The translations under genes and the position numbers were made by a program. 64,000 bases of DNA from an uncultured Thermococci archaeon (GTDB lineage: Archaea; CAYQAE01; CAYVLA01). Below are positions 27,944 to 38,651 of this stretch, in pieces (the first letter of the stretch is position 1; each line of letters begins with the position of its first letter). A model generated the notes under the pieces. That model worked only from the letters and a program-made list of their open reading frames with translations, had not been told where the DNA came from and did no database searches. The stretch lies in assembly GCA_964549615.1 (NCBI GenBank), contig CAZJVP010000088.1:1-64000 (forward strand), written 5' to 3'.

Positions 27944-29725
27944 TCAGTAGAACTCGAGCTCGACAAGCTCGCCCTGCTCGTCGTATACTCCTCTGAAGAG
28001 CGCAACCCTGCCGAACAGCTGCTCGCTGTACCGGCCCATCTCGCCCCGGATGATCTTCTGTAGCACGAGGACCGCCGTCTGCGTGCCCTCGCGCCCGAAG
28101 CCACCGACCGCAAGACGGCTGTAGCCGGCATCCACCGTGCTCTCCTCGCAGATGAGGGAAAGAAAGCCCCACTCCGACAGCGGCCCCGCCAACCTCGGGA
28201 TCAGGGTGAGCAACTCCTCTTGGGTTGCGTTCCTGAAGAACCCGGGAGCCAGGACCCTGGGGGCGGTGCGGTTGTCCAGAATCCGGAGCAGGCCCTTCTG
28301 CGCAACGTAGCCGCACAGGTAGTTCGAATCTGGGTCCCCGATCCCGATCAAGTTCCTTTGGTTGTAGGTGTACTGAACCGAGTAATAGGACCCAACCTTC
28401 GACGCGACGGTGGTGTGGTTGGTCAGGTTGACCTGCACGCCCATCTCCCAGAAGGCGTTCCGCGTCGCGTTTGACCAGTTGCCCATCTCTTCGGCGGTGT
28501 AGTTCGCCCACCCACCCTCCGATCCCACGGATATGAGGGTCCCATTGCCGAAGATCGCCGGCACGTTGTACAGGCTATATTGCCTGAGCGTCAGAGTTCG
28601 AAGCGTGCTGTACTTTTTCTCCTTTGGGGTGAAGTACTCGTACTGCAGGGCGACGTTCCTGCTGCCGTTCGCGGAGAACCTGATCTCCAGCTCCTCATCG
28701 ATCACTTCGCCCGCCCCGATGGTTGCGTGCGTTATGTTCCCGCCCACGATCTCCGCCTTGCCGCTCTGAAGCCGGAGCGTGAAATTGGTGGCGGGCGCCG
28801 TACCCTGGTTCCAGATCCTGATCGGCACTATGGCCGAGTAGTTGCCGTCCTCCCTGAGGGTCGCCGCGGGCTCCAGCAGAAGCTCGACGACCTTCACCTC
28901 CGGCTCCTCAACCCGCCGCGACACCCACCTTAGCATGTTCAGCAGGAGCTTGTTGTTGTCGAATCCGTCCAAGAACCGGCTGCTCCACAGGTTGTTGTCG
29001 CCGATGCACGCAACCTTCCCCTTGCCGTAGGTTGACACCGCCGCAACGACCTTTGCGCCAACCTCCTCATCCGGATCGAGCGCCTGGTCGCCGTCGACAT
29101 CGGACCAGGCATCCTCCGAGGTCCACGCGATGGGGGTCGCGTTGCCGGAAATCTTCAGCGAGCATCCGGAGTGGTAGCTTATGCTCTTTATCCCCTCGGT
29201 CACGTTGTGCTCGGCAAACCTGGTTATCATGGGCCAGTGTGGGTAGCGCGGATCCGCCAAGAAGGGTGAGGCAGGATCGCACACAAGGTCGGCCTGGAAC
29301 TCGATCCCGAACTTGGATGTGAGCTTGTTCACCGCGGTCCGCGCCCAGGGCTCAAACCTGCGGCTGCCGGACTGTCCCGCCACTATCAGGCCGTTGCCGG
29401 CCGCCACGTAGTCGGCGAACATATCAACGTCGTACTCAAAATCATCTGAGTCCCTAGGCGTTATGAGCAGGACGGTGACGAAGTCCGTTAGGTTGTCGGG
29501 GTGTACGGCACTGACCCCGGTATAAGGGCTTAATAGGTGGGCCGTGAAACCTATCGACCTGAAGGAGACGGCCGCGTGCCAGTAGTCGAAAAGGCTCAGC
29601 TGCTCTTCCAGGTGCGTCTCAACGAACACGGCCGTCGGACGTTCGACGGAGACCGTTGGCATGGATGATGCAGTAAGCAGCCCGACCAAGCAGATGGAGA
29701 CGAGCCATCTGCGAGCTGCGGCCAG
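27944..29725 (-). CDS. Secreted surface protein: GATase-like (DUF4350/GldG-like) domain, CARDB/Ig-like domain and S-layer-like C-terminus; start uncertain
   Basis: Hydrophobic leader; YVAAGNGLIVAG, GKGKVACIGD, DNNKLLLNMLRW; IWNQGTAPATN; IGDPDSN...GGFGREGT; many N-x-S/T sequons. Confidence 0.7.
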   Translation of the reverse strand: MAAARRWLVSICLVGLLTASSMPTVSVERPTAVFVETHLEEQLSLFDYWHAAVSFRSIGFTAHLLSPYTGVSAVHPDNLTDFVTVLLITPRDSDDFEYDVDMFADYVAAGNGLIVAGQSGSRRFEPWARTAVNKLTSKFGIEFQADLVCDPASPFLADPRYPHWPMITRFAEHNVTEGIKSISYHSGCSLKISGNATPIAWTSEDAWSDVDGDQALDPDEEVGAKVVAAVSTYGKGKVACIGDNNLWSSRFLDGFDNNKLLLNMLRWVSRRVEEPEVKVVELLLEPAATLREDGNYSAIVPIRIWNQGTAPATNFTLRLQSGKAEIVGGNITHATIGAGEVIDEELEIRFSANGSRNVALQYEYFTPKEKKYSTLRTLTLRQYSLYNVPAIFGNGTLISVGSEGGWANYTAEEMGNWSNATRNAFWEMGVQVNLTNHTTVASKVGSYYSVQYTYNQRNLIGIGDPDSNYLCGYVAQKGLLRILDNRTAPRVLAPGFFRNATQEELLTLIPRLAGPLSEWGFLSLICEESTVDAGYSRLAVGGFGREGTQTAVLVLQKIIRGEMGRYSEQLFGRVALFRGVYDEQGELVELEFY

Positions 29726-29744
29726 CGCTCGTGCAAATGACGCC

Positions 29745-32700
29745 CTACTCCGCCTGCTTGATCGATATGACGTAGCTGTCCTCCTCCAGATTCCACGTCT
29801 TCTTCCTTGCCCTGCCCCCGAGGGGCTCATCCAGCCTTACCCTCCTAGCTCGGGTCTCCGCCGCTATGTAGTCCAGCTTGTCCCTGACCTTCCCAAGCTT
29901 GTCGGCTGGCCCCCCGATGGAGACCTCGATGTAGTCGTTAACCTTGAGGTCCATCTCCTTCCTCATCTCCTGGATGCGCCTCACCAGCTCCTTGGCGAGG
30001 CCTTCGGCCACAAGCTCGTCGCTCATGGTGGCATCGACCACCACGACCCCCAGCGGGCACTCCGCCTCCGCGTGGTTGGGCGGGAGCTTCCTGACGAAGG
30101 AGACGTCCTCCCGATCTATCCTGAACTTCCTTCCATCAACGGCCAGCTCGTAGACCCCTTCCGCGTCAAGCCGAGCTTTGACATCGCCGGCCTTCGCCTC
30201 CGCCAGGCTCTTGGCGACGAGGTCAGCATCCGATCTGAACTTCCTTCCGAGGTTCGCCATCCGGGGCCTCACGGCCATGCCGAGCGCCTCCTCTGAAACC
30301 AGCTCGACGGACTTTGCGTTCACCTGTTCCGCGAAGATCCCGCCCAACGACCTGACGGCTTGGCAAACCTCCGGGTTCACGGACGACACGAGCACCCTAG
30401 CGACCGGATGCCTCAGCCTGACTCCCGCCTTCTGCCTTGCGGCGAGCGCACATTCAACCAGACCATGGATGGCCTCCATCCCACGCTCCAAGCCGGAGTC
30501 GATCAGACCTTCCTCAGCCTCGGGCCAATCCTCCAAGTGCACGCTCTCAAGCGGCGAGCCGTCCCTCATCATCCTCTGATAGATGATCTCGGTCAGATGG
30601 GGCACGATCGGCGCCATCAGGCGGAGAAGCCGGCCGATGGCGTAGTGAAGGGTGTAGTAACATGCCAGCTTGTCCGGGTCCTCGGCCTCTACCCATGTCC
30701 TCTCCCTCGCCAGCCTGACGTACCACCTGCTCAGCTCTTCCAGGATGAAGCGCTGCAGCCCCCTGGTGACGTGAAGGAAGTTCATCTCCTCCATGCCCTT
30801 GGTGACTTCCCGGACGAGGCTGTTGACCCTCGAGAGCAGCCACCTGTCCTCGGCCCGAAGGCTTGCCCTCACGTCCTCGATTGAGACCTTGCCGACGAAG
30901 CCGTCAAGCTCCATGTAGGTGGACGCAAAGACGCAGACGTTCCAGAACACGTTCAGCATCCTCTGCACGGTCGTGAGTTCTGCGAAGCTGAACCTTAAGT
31001 CCTCCCATGGCAGCGTGGCCCAGAGCAGGTAGTAACGGAACACGTCCGCGCCGTACTTCGCCACGACCTCGTCCGGCTCCACGACGTTGCCCAGCGACTT
31101 CGACATCTTCCTGCCCTCGGGATCGAGGGCAAACCCGTGCATGAGCACCTTCTTGTAGCAGGACTTACCGAAGGTGATGACGCTCGCAGCCTGCAAGGAG
31201 TAGAACCACTTCCCGACCTGGTCGGAGCCCTCTATGATCAGGTCGGCCGGCCAGATCGAAAGGGCCTTCGGGTCGGACGGATAGCCGAGCGAGCTCCAGG
31301 ACGCTATGCCCGAGTCGAACCAGACATCCACTATGTCCGGAACCCGGCTCATCGTCCCGCCGCATTTGCACTTCAGCTTGATCTCGTCGACGTTCGGCCT
31401 GTGGGGATCGAAATCGTCGGGATCGATCTTGGTCGTGGCCAGACTTGCCAGCTCGTCGAAGGATCCGACGACGGTCATGTTCCGGCAGCTCGGACAGGTC
31501 CAGATCGGCATCGGTATGCCCCAGTACCTGTTTCGGGAGAGACACCAATCCCCCACGTACTGGACGCCGTTCTCGTACCTCTCGGAGATCCAGGCCGGGA
31601 CCCAGGTGACCTTTGCGTTCTCCTCGATGACCTTGGACTTGATCTTGCTGATCTCAAGGAACCACTGCTCCCTGGCCATGAAGATGAGCGGGGTCTGGCA
31701 TCTCCAGCAGTGCGGATAGCTGTGGAGAATCGTCTCGTAGTGGACGTAGTAGCCGTTGCGCTTCAGATCCTCGACCACGACGGGATCTGCATCCTTGACG
31801 TACATGCCCCTGTATTTCCCACCGTCCTCAGTGAACCTCCCGCTTGCGTCAAGAGGGGAGAAGATGGGGGCCCCCACCGCCCTCCCGACCTCGAAGTCCT
31901 CCTCGCCGTGCCCAGGGGCCGTGTGGACGCAGCCCGTGCCTTCCTCCAGCGTGACGTACTGTGCGGCAACGACCCGGTGGAACTCGTTCGCCCACTCCCT
32001 CTGCTTCGGCACCTGCTCGATGAGCGGATGGATGTACCTGAGGCCCTCGAGCTCTGAGCCGGCCACGGTCTCGATGATACTGTAGTCCTTGATCCCGACC
32101 TTCCGCATGACGGTTTCGACCAGCGCCTCCGCCAAGATCCAGATCTCTCCTCCCACCCTGACGCGCGCGTAGGTGAACTCCGGCTTGACCATGACCAGCA
32201 TGTTTGAGGGCAGCGTCCACGGCGTCGTGGTCCAGACAAGAATGTACTCGTCCTTGCGATCCTTAAGCTTGAACTTCAGGTATATGGATGGGTCTTCCCT
32301 TACCTCGTACTCACCGCGAACCTCGTGCTCCGCCAGCGCTGTCTCGCACCGGGGACACCAGTGAACGACCCTGAGGTCTTTGACCAAGAGGCCGGCCTCG
32401 TGGGCCTTCTTGAGGGAGTGCCACCCGGCCTCCATGTATCGGGGCATGAAGGTTATGTAGGGGTCGTCCCAGTCCATCCACACCCCGAGGCGCTTGAACT
32501 GCCTCGTCATGGTCTCCAGGTGGCGCTTGGCGTAACTGCGGCAGGCCTCTACGAAGTTGCGCACGCCAATTACGTTCTCGATGTCCTTCTTCGATTTCAG
32601 CTTGAGCTCCTTCTCAACCCGGACCTCTATGGGCAGGCCGTGCGAGTCCCACCCAGGCTGCCTGCGGACGTTCTTGCCCCGCATCGAGAGGTAGCGCAGG

Positions 32701-32906
32701 ACGGTGTCCTTCACGATCTTGTTCCAGGCGGTTCCGATGTGAATGGTCCCGCTGCAGTACGGCGGGCCGTCCAAGAAGTAGTAGACGGGCCGCTGGCGGT
32801 TCTTCTCCTTCGACTTTCCATAGATGTCGTGCTCGGCCCACCACGACTGTATCTTTTCCTCAAAGGCCGGTAGGTCGAGCTTTTTCGGCAATGCTTTCAC
32901 GGACAT
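29745..32906 (-). CDS. ileS: Isoleucyl-tRNA synthetase (archaeal/eukaryote type)
   Basis: DGPPY, HIGT, GWDSHGLP, WTTTPWTLP, GTGCVHTAPGHG and KMSKS motifs. Confidence 0.98.
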   Translation of the reverse strand: MSVKALPKKLDLPAFEEKIQSWWAEHDIYGKSKEKNRQRPVYYFLDGPPYCSGTIHIGTAWNKIVKDTVLRYLSMRGKNVRRQPGWDSHGLPIEVRVEKELKLKSKKDIENVIGVRNFVEACRSYAKRHLETMTRQFKRLGVWMDWDDPYITFMPRYMEAGWHSLKKAHEAGLLVKDLRVVHWCPRCETALAEHEVRGEYEVREDPSIYLKFKLKDRKDEYILVWTTTPWTLPSNMLVMVKPEFTYARVRVGGEIWILAEALVETVMRKVGIKDYSIIETVAGSELEGLRYIHPLIEQVPKQREWANEFHRVVAAQYVTLEEGTGCVHTAPGHGEEDFEVGRAVGAPIFSPLDASGRFTEDGGKYRGMYVKDADPVVVEDLKRNGYYVHYETILHSYPHCWRCQTPLIFMAREQWFLEISKIKSKVIEENAKVTWVPAWISERYENGVQYVGDWCLSRNRYWGIPMPIWTCPSCRNMTVVGSFDELASLATTKIDPDDFDPHRPNVDEIKLKCKCGGTMSRVPDIVDVWFDSGIASWSSLGYPSDPKALSIWPADLIIEGSDQVGKWFYSLQAASVITFGKSCYKKVLMHGFALDPEGRKMSKSLGNVVEPDEVVAKYGADVFRYYLLWATLPWEDLRFSFAELTTVQRMLNVFWNVCVFASTYMELDGFVGKVSIEDVRASLRAEDRWLLSRVNSLVREVTKGMEEMNFLHVTRGLQRFILEELSRWYVRLARERTWVEAEDPDKLACYYTLHYAIGRLLRLMAPIVPHLTEIIYQRMMRDGSPLESVHLEDWPEAEEGLIDSGLERGMEAIHGLVECALAARQKAGVRLRHPVARVLVSSVNPEVCQAVRSLGGIFAEQVNAKSVELVSEEALGMAVRPRMANLGRKFRSDADLVAKSLAEAKAGDVKARLDAEGVYELAVDGRKFRIDREDVSFVRKLPPNHAEAECPLGVVVVDATMSDELVAEGLAKELVRRIQEMRKEMDLKVNDYIEVSIGGPADKLGKVRDKLDYIAAETRARRVRLDEPLGGRARKKTWNLEEDSYVISIKQAE

Positions 32907-33084
32907 ACCAACGCCCGGCCGGAACAGCCATCCTCGGCGGAAGCGTTAGTTAAGTGTTTCTCGCTGGCCGAAATGAGCCGCACCACCGGACGGCGAAGCG
33001 GAGGAAAGGATACAGGCCGCGCGTTCACCGGCGCGCGCGAAAGCCTATTTAACTTTCCCCGATCAGCGGACATTGGAGATCGGC

Positions 33085-33615
33085 ATGAAGGTCCTCTTGT
33101 CCGGGCTTCTCGGAGCTGGGTGTACCGAGGTCGCCCAAATTCTCGCAAAGCAGAAGAACGCCAAGGTTGTTAACAGCGTCGAGGCGATAAAGGACATCAT
33201 AGGCGAGAGGGGGCAGTCCTTCCAGCTCTTCGAGAGGGAGAGCCGCTCCGGCGAGTTCGACCTTGACGCGCTCCTACGCAACAAGGCTCTGGAGTACTTA
33301 GAAGAGTTCGACAACCTGATCATCGAGGGGCGGCTCGCCCTGCTGGTCTTGGACCGAACCTTTGATCTGAAGGCTTTCCTGACCGCGACCCTGGAGGACA
33401 GGATAGCCCACGTCGCATCGCGCCGGAACATCGCCAAGGAGCAGGCTGCCAAGATCGTCCATCACAGCGACAGGGAGCGCGAGCGAGTGGTCGAGAAGCT
33501 CTACGACCAGCCGCTTGATCTCTGCCGCTTCGATGTTGTGCTCAACACTTCCACCTACGGATTCGATCGCGCCGCCCGCACCCTGGCAGAGTTCCTTGAG
33601 ATAGCCAAGCACTGA
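33085..33615 (+). CDS. Archaeal cytidylate kinase-like protein with atypical P-loop
   Basis: SGLLGAGCT (Cys where Lys is expected), IIEGRLA, FLTATLEDR, FDVVLNTS. Confidence 0.75.
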   Translation: MKVLLSGLLGAGCTEVAQILAKQKNAKVVNSVEAIKDIIGERGQSFQLFERESRSGEFDLDALLRNKALEYLEEFDNLIIEGRLALLVLDRTFDLKAFLTATLEDRIAHVASRRNIAKEQAAKIVHHSDRERERVVEKLYDQPLDLCRFDVVLNTSTYGFDRAARTLAEFLEIAKH

Positions 33616-33757
33616 GTCCGGGCGACATCCATATTCTGCAAAACTGCTTCACCAAGCTCCGAGGCCTCGGCTCTAGGGTCCCTTGCGGCGGCGCAAGCTC
33701 TGCGCCGGCAACATTTAAGATGATCGCGAGGCGCCGCATGAGAGCCCTGGTGTTTCA

Positions 33758-35212
33758 TTGGAGCCCGCCAAGCTCACCGCCTGCAAGGCCCTGATCGCCA
33801 TCAGGTCCGGGCACCTCTCCTCATCCGAGCTGACCGCCTCCGTCTTCCGCAGGATTCGCCGCGTTGAGAAGAAGGTTCACTCCTACATAACCCTGGACGA
33901 GGAGCGAGCCATGAAGAGGGCGGAGGAGATCGATGAGAGGCTCCAGAAGAAGGAAGACGTGGGGCGGCTGGCGGGCCTGCCGGTAGCGGTGAAGGACAGC
34001 ATAGTAACGAAGGGGCTGCGCACCACCTGCGGCAGCAAGATGCTCCACAACTTCATACCGCCCTACTCGGCGACGGCGGTGGAAAAGATTCTCGCCGAGG
34101 GTGCAGTGATCATCGGGAAGACCAACTGTGATGAGTTCTGCATGGGCACGACCACTGAGACCAGCCACTTCGGGCCCACCTACAACCCCTGGGACCTGGA
34201 AAGGGTGCCGGGTGGATCGTCGGGCGGAAGCGCGGCCTCCGTGGCAGCGGATGAGACGACCCTGGCGCTCGGCACCGACACCGGAGGCTCCATCCGCTGT
34301 CCGGCCGCCTTCTGCGGGGTGGTGGGCCTTAAGCCCACCTACGGACGGGTCAGCCGTTACGGCCTGATCGCCTACGCAAGCAGCCTCGACCAGATAGGGA
34401 CCCTCACCAAGGACGTAGCGGACTCCGCACTGCTGCTCTCGACGCTGGCCGGCAAGGACCCGATGGACTCCACGTCCGTGGACCGCCCTCCAGAGGACTA
34501 CCTGCTTTCCGTGGGAAGAAGCGTGGAGGGCGAAAGATTCGCCGTTCCGGACGAGTTCCTAGCCGAGGGCGTGCACGAGGACGCGGTGAAGGCAACCTGG
34601 AGGGTCGCAGACGCCCTCGAGGCGCTTGGAGCGGAGAGGCGGGAGATCCACCTTCCGTCCCTTGAGTACTCACTTGCCACGTACTACATCATAGCGATGT
34701 GCGAGGCGAGCTCCAACCTGGCCAGGTACGATGGCGTGCGCTACGGCTTCTCCATACCGTCGAAGGCGGACTGGATCACGGCCTTCTCGGAGGTGAGGGG
34801 TGCTGGCTTCGGCCCGGAGGTCCGCAGAAGGATCATCCTAGGCACGTACGCCCTCTCAGCCGGCTACTACAACGCTTACTACATGAAGGCTTTGAAGATA
34901 CGCACCGTCCTCATGAGGGAATTCCAGAAAGGTTTCGAGCAGGTCGATCTGCTCGTCACCCCCACCATGCCAGGCCCCGCCTTCAGGATAGGGGAGATGG
35001 CCGACCCGCTTACGATGTACCTTCAAGACATCGATACCGTGCCCGTGAACCTCATCGGCGCCCCGGCCATATCGTATCCAGCCGGGCTCACCGGCGGCCT
35101 GCCCCTTGGGGTCCAGATCATCGGCAGACACTTCGAGGAGGACAGGCTCATACGCGTGGCCAGCGCACTTGAGGCCCGGCTGCCTCACAGGCGGCGACCG
35201 CGCCTGCTGTAG
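33758..35212 (+). CDS. gatA: Asp/Glu-tRNA amidotransferase subunit A
   Basis: VKD, GKTNCDEF, PGGSSGGS, GTDTGGSIRCPA, SSNLARYDG and EVRRRIILG motifs. Confidence 0.96.
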   Translation: MEPAKLTACKALIAIRSGHLSSSELTASVFRRIRRVEKKVHSYITLDEERAMKRAEEIDERLQKKEDVGRLAGLPVAVKDSIVTKGLRTTCGSKMLHNFIPPYSATAVEKILAEGAVIIGKTNCDEFCMGTTTETSHFGPTYNPWDLERVPGGSSGGSAASVAADETTLALGTDTGGSIRCPAAFCGVVGLKPTYGRVSRYGLIAYASSLDQIGTLTKDVADSALLLSTLAGKDPMDSTSVDRPPEDYLLSVGRSVEGERFAVPDEFLAEGVHEDAVKATWRVADALEALGAERREIHLPSLEYSLATYYIIAMCEASSNLARYDGVRYGFSIPSKADWITAFSEVRGAGFGPEVRRRIILGTYALSAGYYNAYYMKALKIRTVLMREFQKGFEQVDLLVTPTMPGPAFRIGEMADPLTMYLQDIDTVPVNLIGAPAISYPAGLTGGLPLGVQIIGRHFEEDRLIRVASALEARLPHRRRPRLL

Positions 35213-35252
35213 CCATTTTTCAAAGGCCCCGAAAACGAGGTGAGGACCGGAC

Positions 35253-35480
35253 TTGGCCCTCAACTGGGTTAGGATCGCATGGACCCTTGCATTCGCGGTG
35301 TTGGGACTTCTCGCCTTCTTCGTCTACATCGATTACTCAAATCAGGCCCGCCAGCGAGAGGCCGAGATCGAAGCTGCCCTTGGAATGAAAGCCGGGCCAG
35401 GCGCGGGCAAGCCGACGGCGAAGGCGGCGACGACCCGCCCGCTGCCCCGCAGAAGCCGGAAGTACCGGATGAAGAGATGA
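35253..35480 (+). CDS. Small single-TM protein with basic tail
   Basis: GAGGTGAGG RBS, TTG start, one TM helix, Arg/Lys-rich C-terminus; fills the gap between gatA and the next gene. Confidence 0.65.
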   Translation: MALNWVRIAWTLAFAVLGLLAFFVYIDYSNQARQREAEIEAALGMKAGPGAGKPTAKAATTRPLPRRSRKYRMKR

Positions 35481-35483
35481 AGG

Positions 35484-37655
35484 TCAAGAAGACCGCTCGC
35501 CCGCTCCCTTTCTACTGCTCAGCGCCAACGCCGTTGCCGCGTCCACCAACCGTTGGCCAGCCTGTACGTCCAGCAACGTTGCGCCGGCCTCGTAACCCCC
35601 CTCCTCGAAGGCCTCAGGCGTGACCACGTAGCCGACCATGTCGTCGCAGTATCCCACCACCATGGTTCGGCCGCGGCCCAGCCGCCTCTTCATCTCCAGC
35701 CCATACTCCGCGAAGAGTTCCGCCGGGACGCCCACCAATAGCTTGTCGTTGATCTTTACGACCTGGACCTGAGTGCTCACCTCACTGCCCAACCACGCCC
35801 TGATGTAGCCGGCCCTCTCGGCCAGGAAGGCGGTTCCGGCCGCCCTCGCCATCTTCCTCTTGACGTCCCTCCTCTCAGTTGGAGATGAGGGTTTTGCGCT
35901 TCTCAATGCCTCAAGCTCCTCCCTTGCCTTCTCAACGCTAGGTAGCTCCCTTAGGCCTAGGGAGACGCTTGCGCACGACGAGCCGATCGCCACCTCCTCG
36001 GTCGTGTCGACGCCGCCGAGGGCGCGCAGGGCATGCCCCGCGAGGACCCCGCCAACTCTTTCCACCTCGGCAAAGCTTGAGCCGCGGCGCCTCACCGTCA
36101 GGTTGCCGCACGCACCGTTGGCGAACAGGCAGACCGCCTGGGGGCCCAGCACCCTCTCTAGGGCTTCCATGGCGTGGCCGGGATACTCTGAGCAGAAAAG
36201 CAGGTTCTTGGAGTCCATTATGACGGGGTGGGCCCCGAAGTTCACAAGGGCACCGATCAACCGCCCCGTCGAGGACTCGATTTTCATTACGGCAAGTTCA
36301 TCGTCGATCGGGCCTTCCTCTTTCTGCCTGTTGGTCGATAGATCAGAAACCGTCGTCCAGCCAAACCCGAGCCTGCCATCGGCTGCCCCGTTCACTGCCG
36401 TCACCGCACAGCAGGAAATCCTTTCGACTAGGAACCTGCGCAGAGCCGGGTTGGAGGGGAAGCCCATGAGCGGGGCTATATCGTGGTGTCCCTCAGGGCC
36501 GGAGTGCGTGTGGGTTGCGAATACCATCACGCCGTCCTCAGCTATGCCGGTCATGCGGGAGACCTCCCTCCTCACTTCGCTGACCAGCTTGGCGTCGACG
36601 TAGAGCAGATCCACCGAGACGAGAACGACGGTCTTCCGCCCGTCGCTTAGCGAGATCGCGCGCGCATGAAGATCGTCGTGCGCTCCCCTAGACAGATCGT
36701 GCCTGTCCGAGAAGCCCGCCAGCTGCGTTGGAAATGGGGGCGTGATGGGGATCTTGGCACTGCCTGCCTTCAGCCTTCTGACCCCCCTGCGGCGCATGTC
36801 GCGCTGTCTGTCCCTGATCTCCCGGAAGCTCAGAAGCTGTATGCCGCGTTCCCTGATCTCCGCCGCCACCTCGGGATCGGTGAGGAGCCTCATCTCCGCC
36901 TCGCGCTTTTCCCAAGCGGTCAGCGACCGGGTCTCCGCATCCCCAACCGCCGGGTGAAATATGAACTCGGTTATGCCCGGCCTCAGGCCGTCCAGGATCT
37001 GCAGGAACCTGCGCTTCTTGGCCTCGGGGCTGACGCCGTAGAAGGTGTAGTTGAGATCGTCCGTCGTCAGAATCCCGTCCGCCCTCAACCAGTCAAGGTG
37101 AACCGGGCTTGGCCAACGGATGGGCAGGTCACGTTCCCGGGCCACGGCCAGGACGATCTTCAGGATCTCCGGGTAGTAATTGTGCACGCCCTCGTTGCTG
37201 TCGATGTGGGTCAGGTCGAGTCCCCACTCCACTGCCTGGTCTACCTGCCGACGTATCTCCCTCTCCGCCTCGCCCAGGTCGATCTTGCCGGACAGCATCC
37301 TCTCCATGAACCTCTCCGAACTCAGGAAGAGGCCCTGCTCGTCCGTGAGGGAGGGCACCTCATCGCCCAGGAGCGGGCGGCCCACATCCTTCTGGCAGGT
37401 GAGGTCTATGTGAACGCCCACGTTGAGGCCCTTTTCCCTGGCGATCCGGGCGGCGCGCGCGGAGTCCGGCATGGTCTGTATCATGCTTATGTCCGTCGCC
37501 AGCCCCTCTTCGTAGGCCCTCACGATGCCGTCCGTTATGCCGGTGCTCATGCCCATGTCGTCCGCGTTCAGGATGAGGAACCTCGTCCCTCTCTTCACCG
37601 CGGATTCGATCTGACGGTAGTCGTACGTTTTTGTGATCTCCATGTCTGGCATCAC
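35484..37655 (-). CDS. YdjC/ChbG-like deacetylase fused to a neutral-ceramidase-like amidohydrolase
   Basis: N-terminal NADDMG, GVHIDLT, THIDS, EFIFHP; C-terminal ITPP, HDDLHARA, ATHTHSGP, NFGAHP, GACGN, PAELF, GGYE. Confidence 0.85.
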   Translation of the reverse strand: MMPDMEITKTYDYRQIESAVKRGTRFLILNADDMGMSTGITDGIVRAYEEGLATDISMIQTMPDSARAARIAREKGLNVGVHIDLTCQKDVGRPLLGDEVPSLTDEQGLFLSSERFMERMLSGKIDLGEAEREIRRQVDQAVEWGLDLTHIDSNEGVHNYYPEILKIVLAVARERDLPIRWPSPVHLDWLRADGILTTDDLNYTFYGVSPEAKKRRFLQILDGLRPGITEFIFHPAVGDAETRSLTAWEKREAEMRLLTDPEVAAEIRERGIQLLSFREIRDRQRDMRRRGVRRLKAGSAKIPITPPFPTQLAGFSDRHDLSRGAHDDLHARAISLSDGRKTVVLVSVDLLYVDAKLVSEVRREVSRMTGIAEDGVMVFATHTHSGPEGHHDIAPLMGFPSNPALRRFLVERISCCAVTAVNGAADGRLGFGWTTVSDLSTNRQKEEGPIDDELAVMKIESSTGRLIGALVNFGAHPVIMDSKNLLFCSEYPGHAMEALERVLGPQAVCLFANGACGNLTVRRRGSSFAEVERVGGVLAGHALRALGGVDTTEEVAIGSSCASVSLGLRELPSVEKAREELEALRSAKPSSPTERRDVKRKMARAAGTAFLAERAGYIRAWLGSEVSTQVQVVKINDKLLVGVPAELFAEYGLEMKRRLGRGRTMVVGYCDDMVGYVVTPEAFEEGGYEAGATLLDVQAGQRLVDAATALALSSRKGAGERSS

Positions 37656-37679
37656 CCATCCATAACGTGAGACACAGGG

Positions 37680-38651
37680 CTAGTCGGTGATCCCGCCCTC
37701 CTCAATGGAGAAGACGGTTTCGCCCTCGGGCAGGTACGGGCTGTCCACGAGCCTTGCGATCCGCTTGTTGGCCTTGGCCTTCCTCAAGAAGACCCTGTGG
37801 GTGCACTGGTGGGCGATTATGTTTCCTCCAGCCGGCGCAACCTGGTCGCCGAAGATCATGTCCACCCTGGCCAGCACCTGGTTGGTGACCACGACGGCCA
37901 TATCGTGCAGGTCCGCCAGTTTCTGGAGCTCGTGGACGTGTCTGTTCAGCTTCTGTTGTCTCTCGGCAAGGAGCGCCCTTCCAGTATACTCGGATCTGAA
38001 GTAGGAGGTGAGCGAATCCACTACCAAGAGCCTGACGTTCCACTCCTTAGCCATCTCGCCCACCTTCCCGGCAAGCTCCATCTGGTGGTCGGAGTTCCTC
38101 GCCCTGCCAACCCAGATGTTCCGCAGGATCTGCGATGCATCCTTGCCGAGGTGCTCTGAGATCTGGATTATCCTCTCGGGCCTGAAGGTGTGCTCCGTGT
38201 CGATGTAGGCCACCCTGCCCTCCAGCCCGCCCTCCTCCCTTGGGAGCTGCACCATGACCGCCACCTGGTGGGCGATCTGCGTCTTCCCGGTCGCGAACTC
38301 CCCGTAGAACTCGGTTATGGCCTGCGTCTCGATGCCGCCTCCCAGAAGGTCGTCAAGCCTCTTGCTGCCCGTGGATATCCTCTGGATCTGGCTGCGCTTG
38401 TGAAGCACTACATCCGCAGTCTCAAACCCCATGTTCAGCACAGACCTTGCGGACCTGACGATGGCCGTTGCCGTATCCTCGGGTATCCCCAGTTCACCCG
38501 ACAGTATCAGCGGGGATGCGACGGCCAGGCTTTCCAGCGAACGGTAGCCTGCCTCGCGCAACCTCTTGCCCGTGGAGGGCCCCACGAGGGGCAAGTCCTC
38601 TATCTCGCGGACCTCCGAACCAGCTCCCTGACCGTCCGCAGAACCCCCCAT
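37680..38651 (-). CDS. radA: DNA repair and recombination protein RadA
   Basis: HhH N-terminal domain (DLPLVGP), [37 protein letters not shown]. Confidence 0.97.
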   Translation of the reverse strand: MGGSADGQGAGSEVREIEDLPLVGPSTGKRLREAGYRSLESLAVASPLILSGELGIPEDTATAIVRSARSVLNMGFETADVVLHKRSQIQRISTGSKRLDDLLGGGIETQAITEFYGEFATGKTQIAHQVAVMVQLPREEGGLEGRVAYIDTEHTFRPERIIQISEHLGKDASQILRNIWVGRARNSDHQMELAGKVGEMAKEWNVRLLVVDSLTSYFRSEYTGRALLAERQQKLNRHVHELQKLADLHDMAVVVTNQVLARVDMIFGDQVAPAGGNIIAHQCTHRVFLRKAKANKRIARLVDSPYLPEGETVFSIEEGGITD

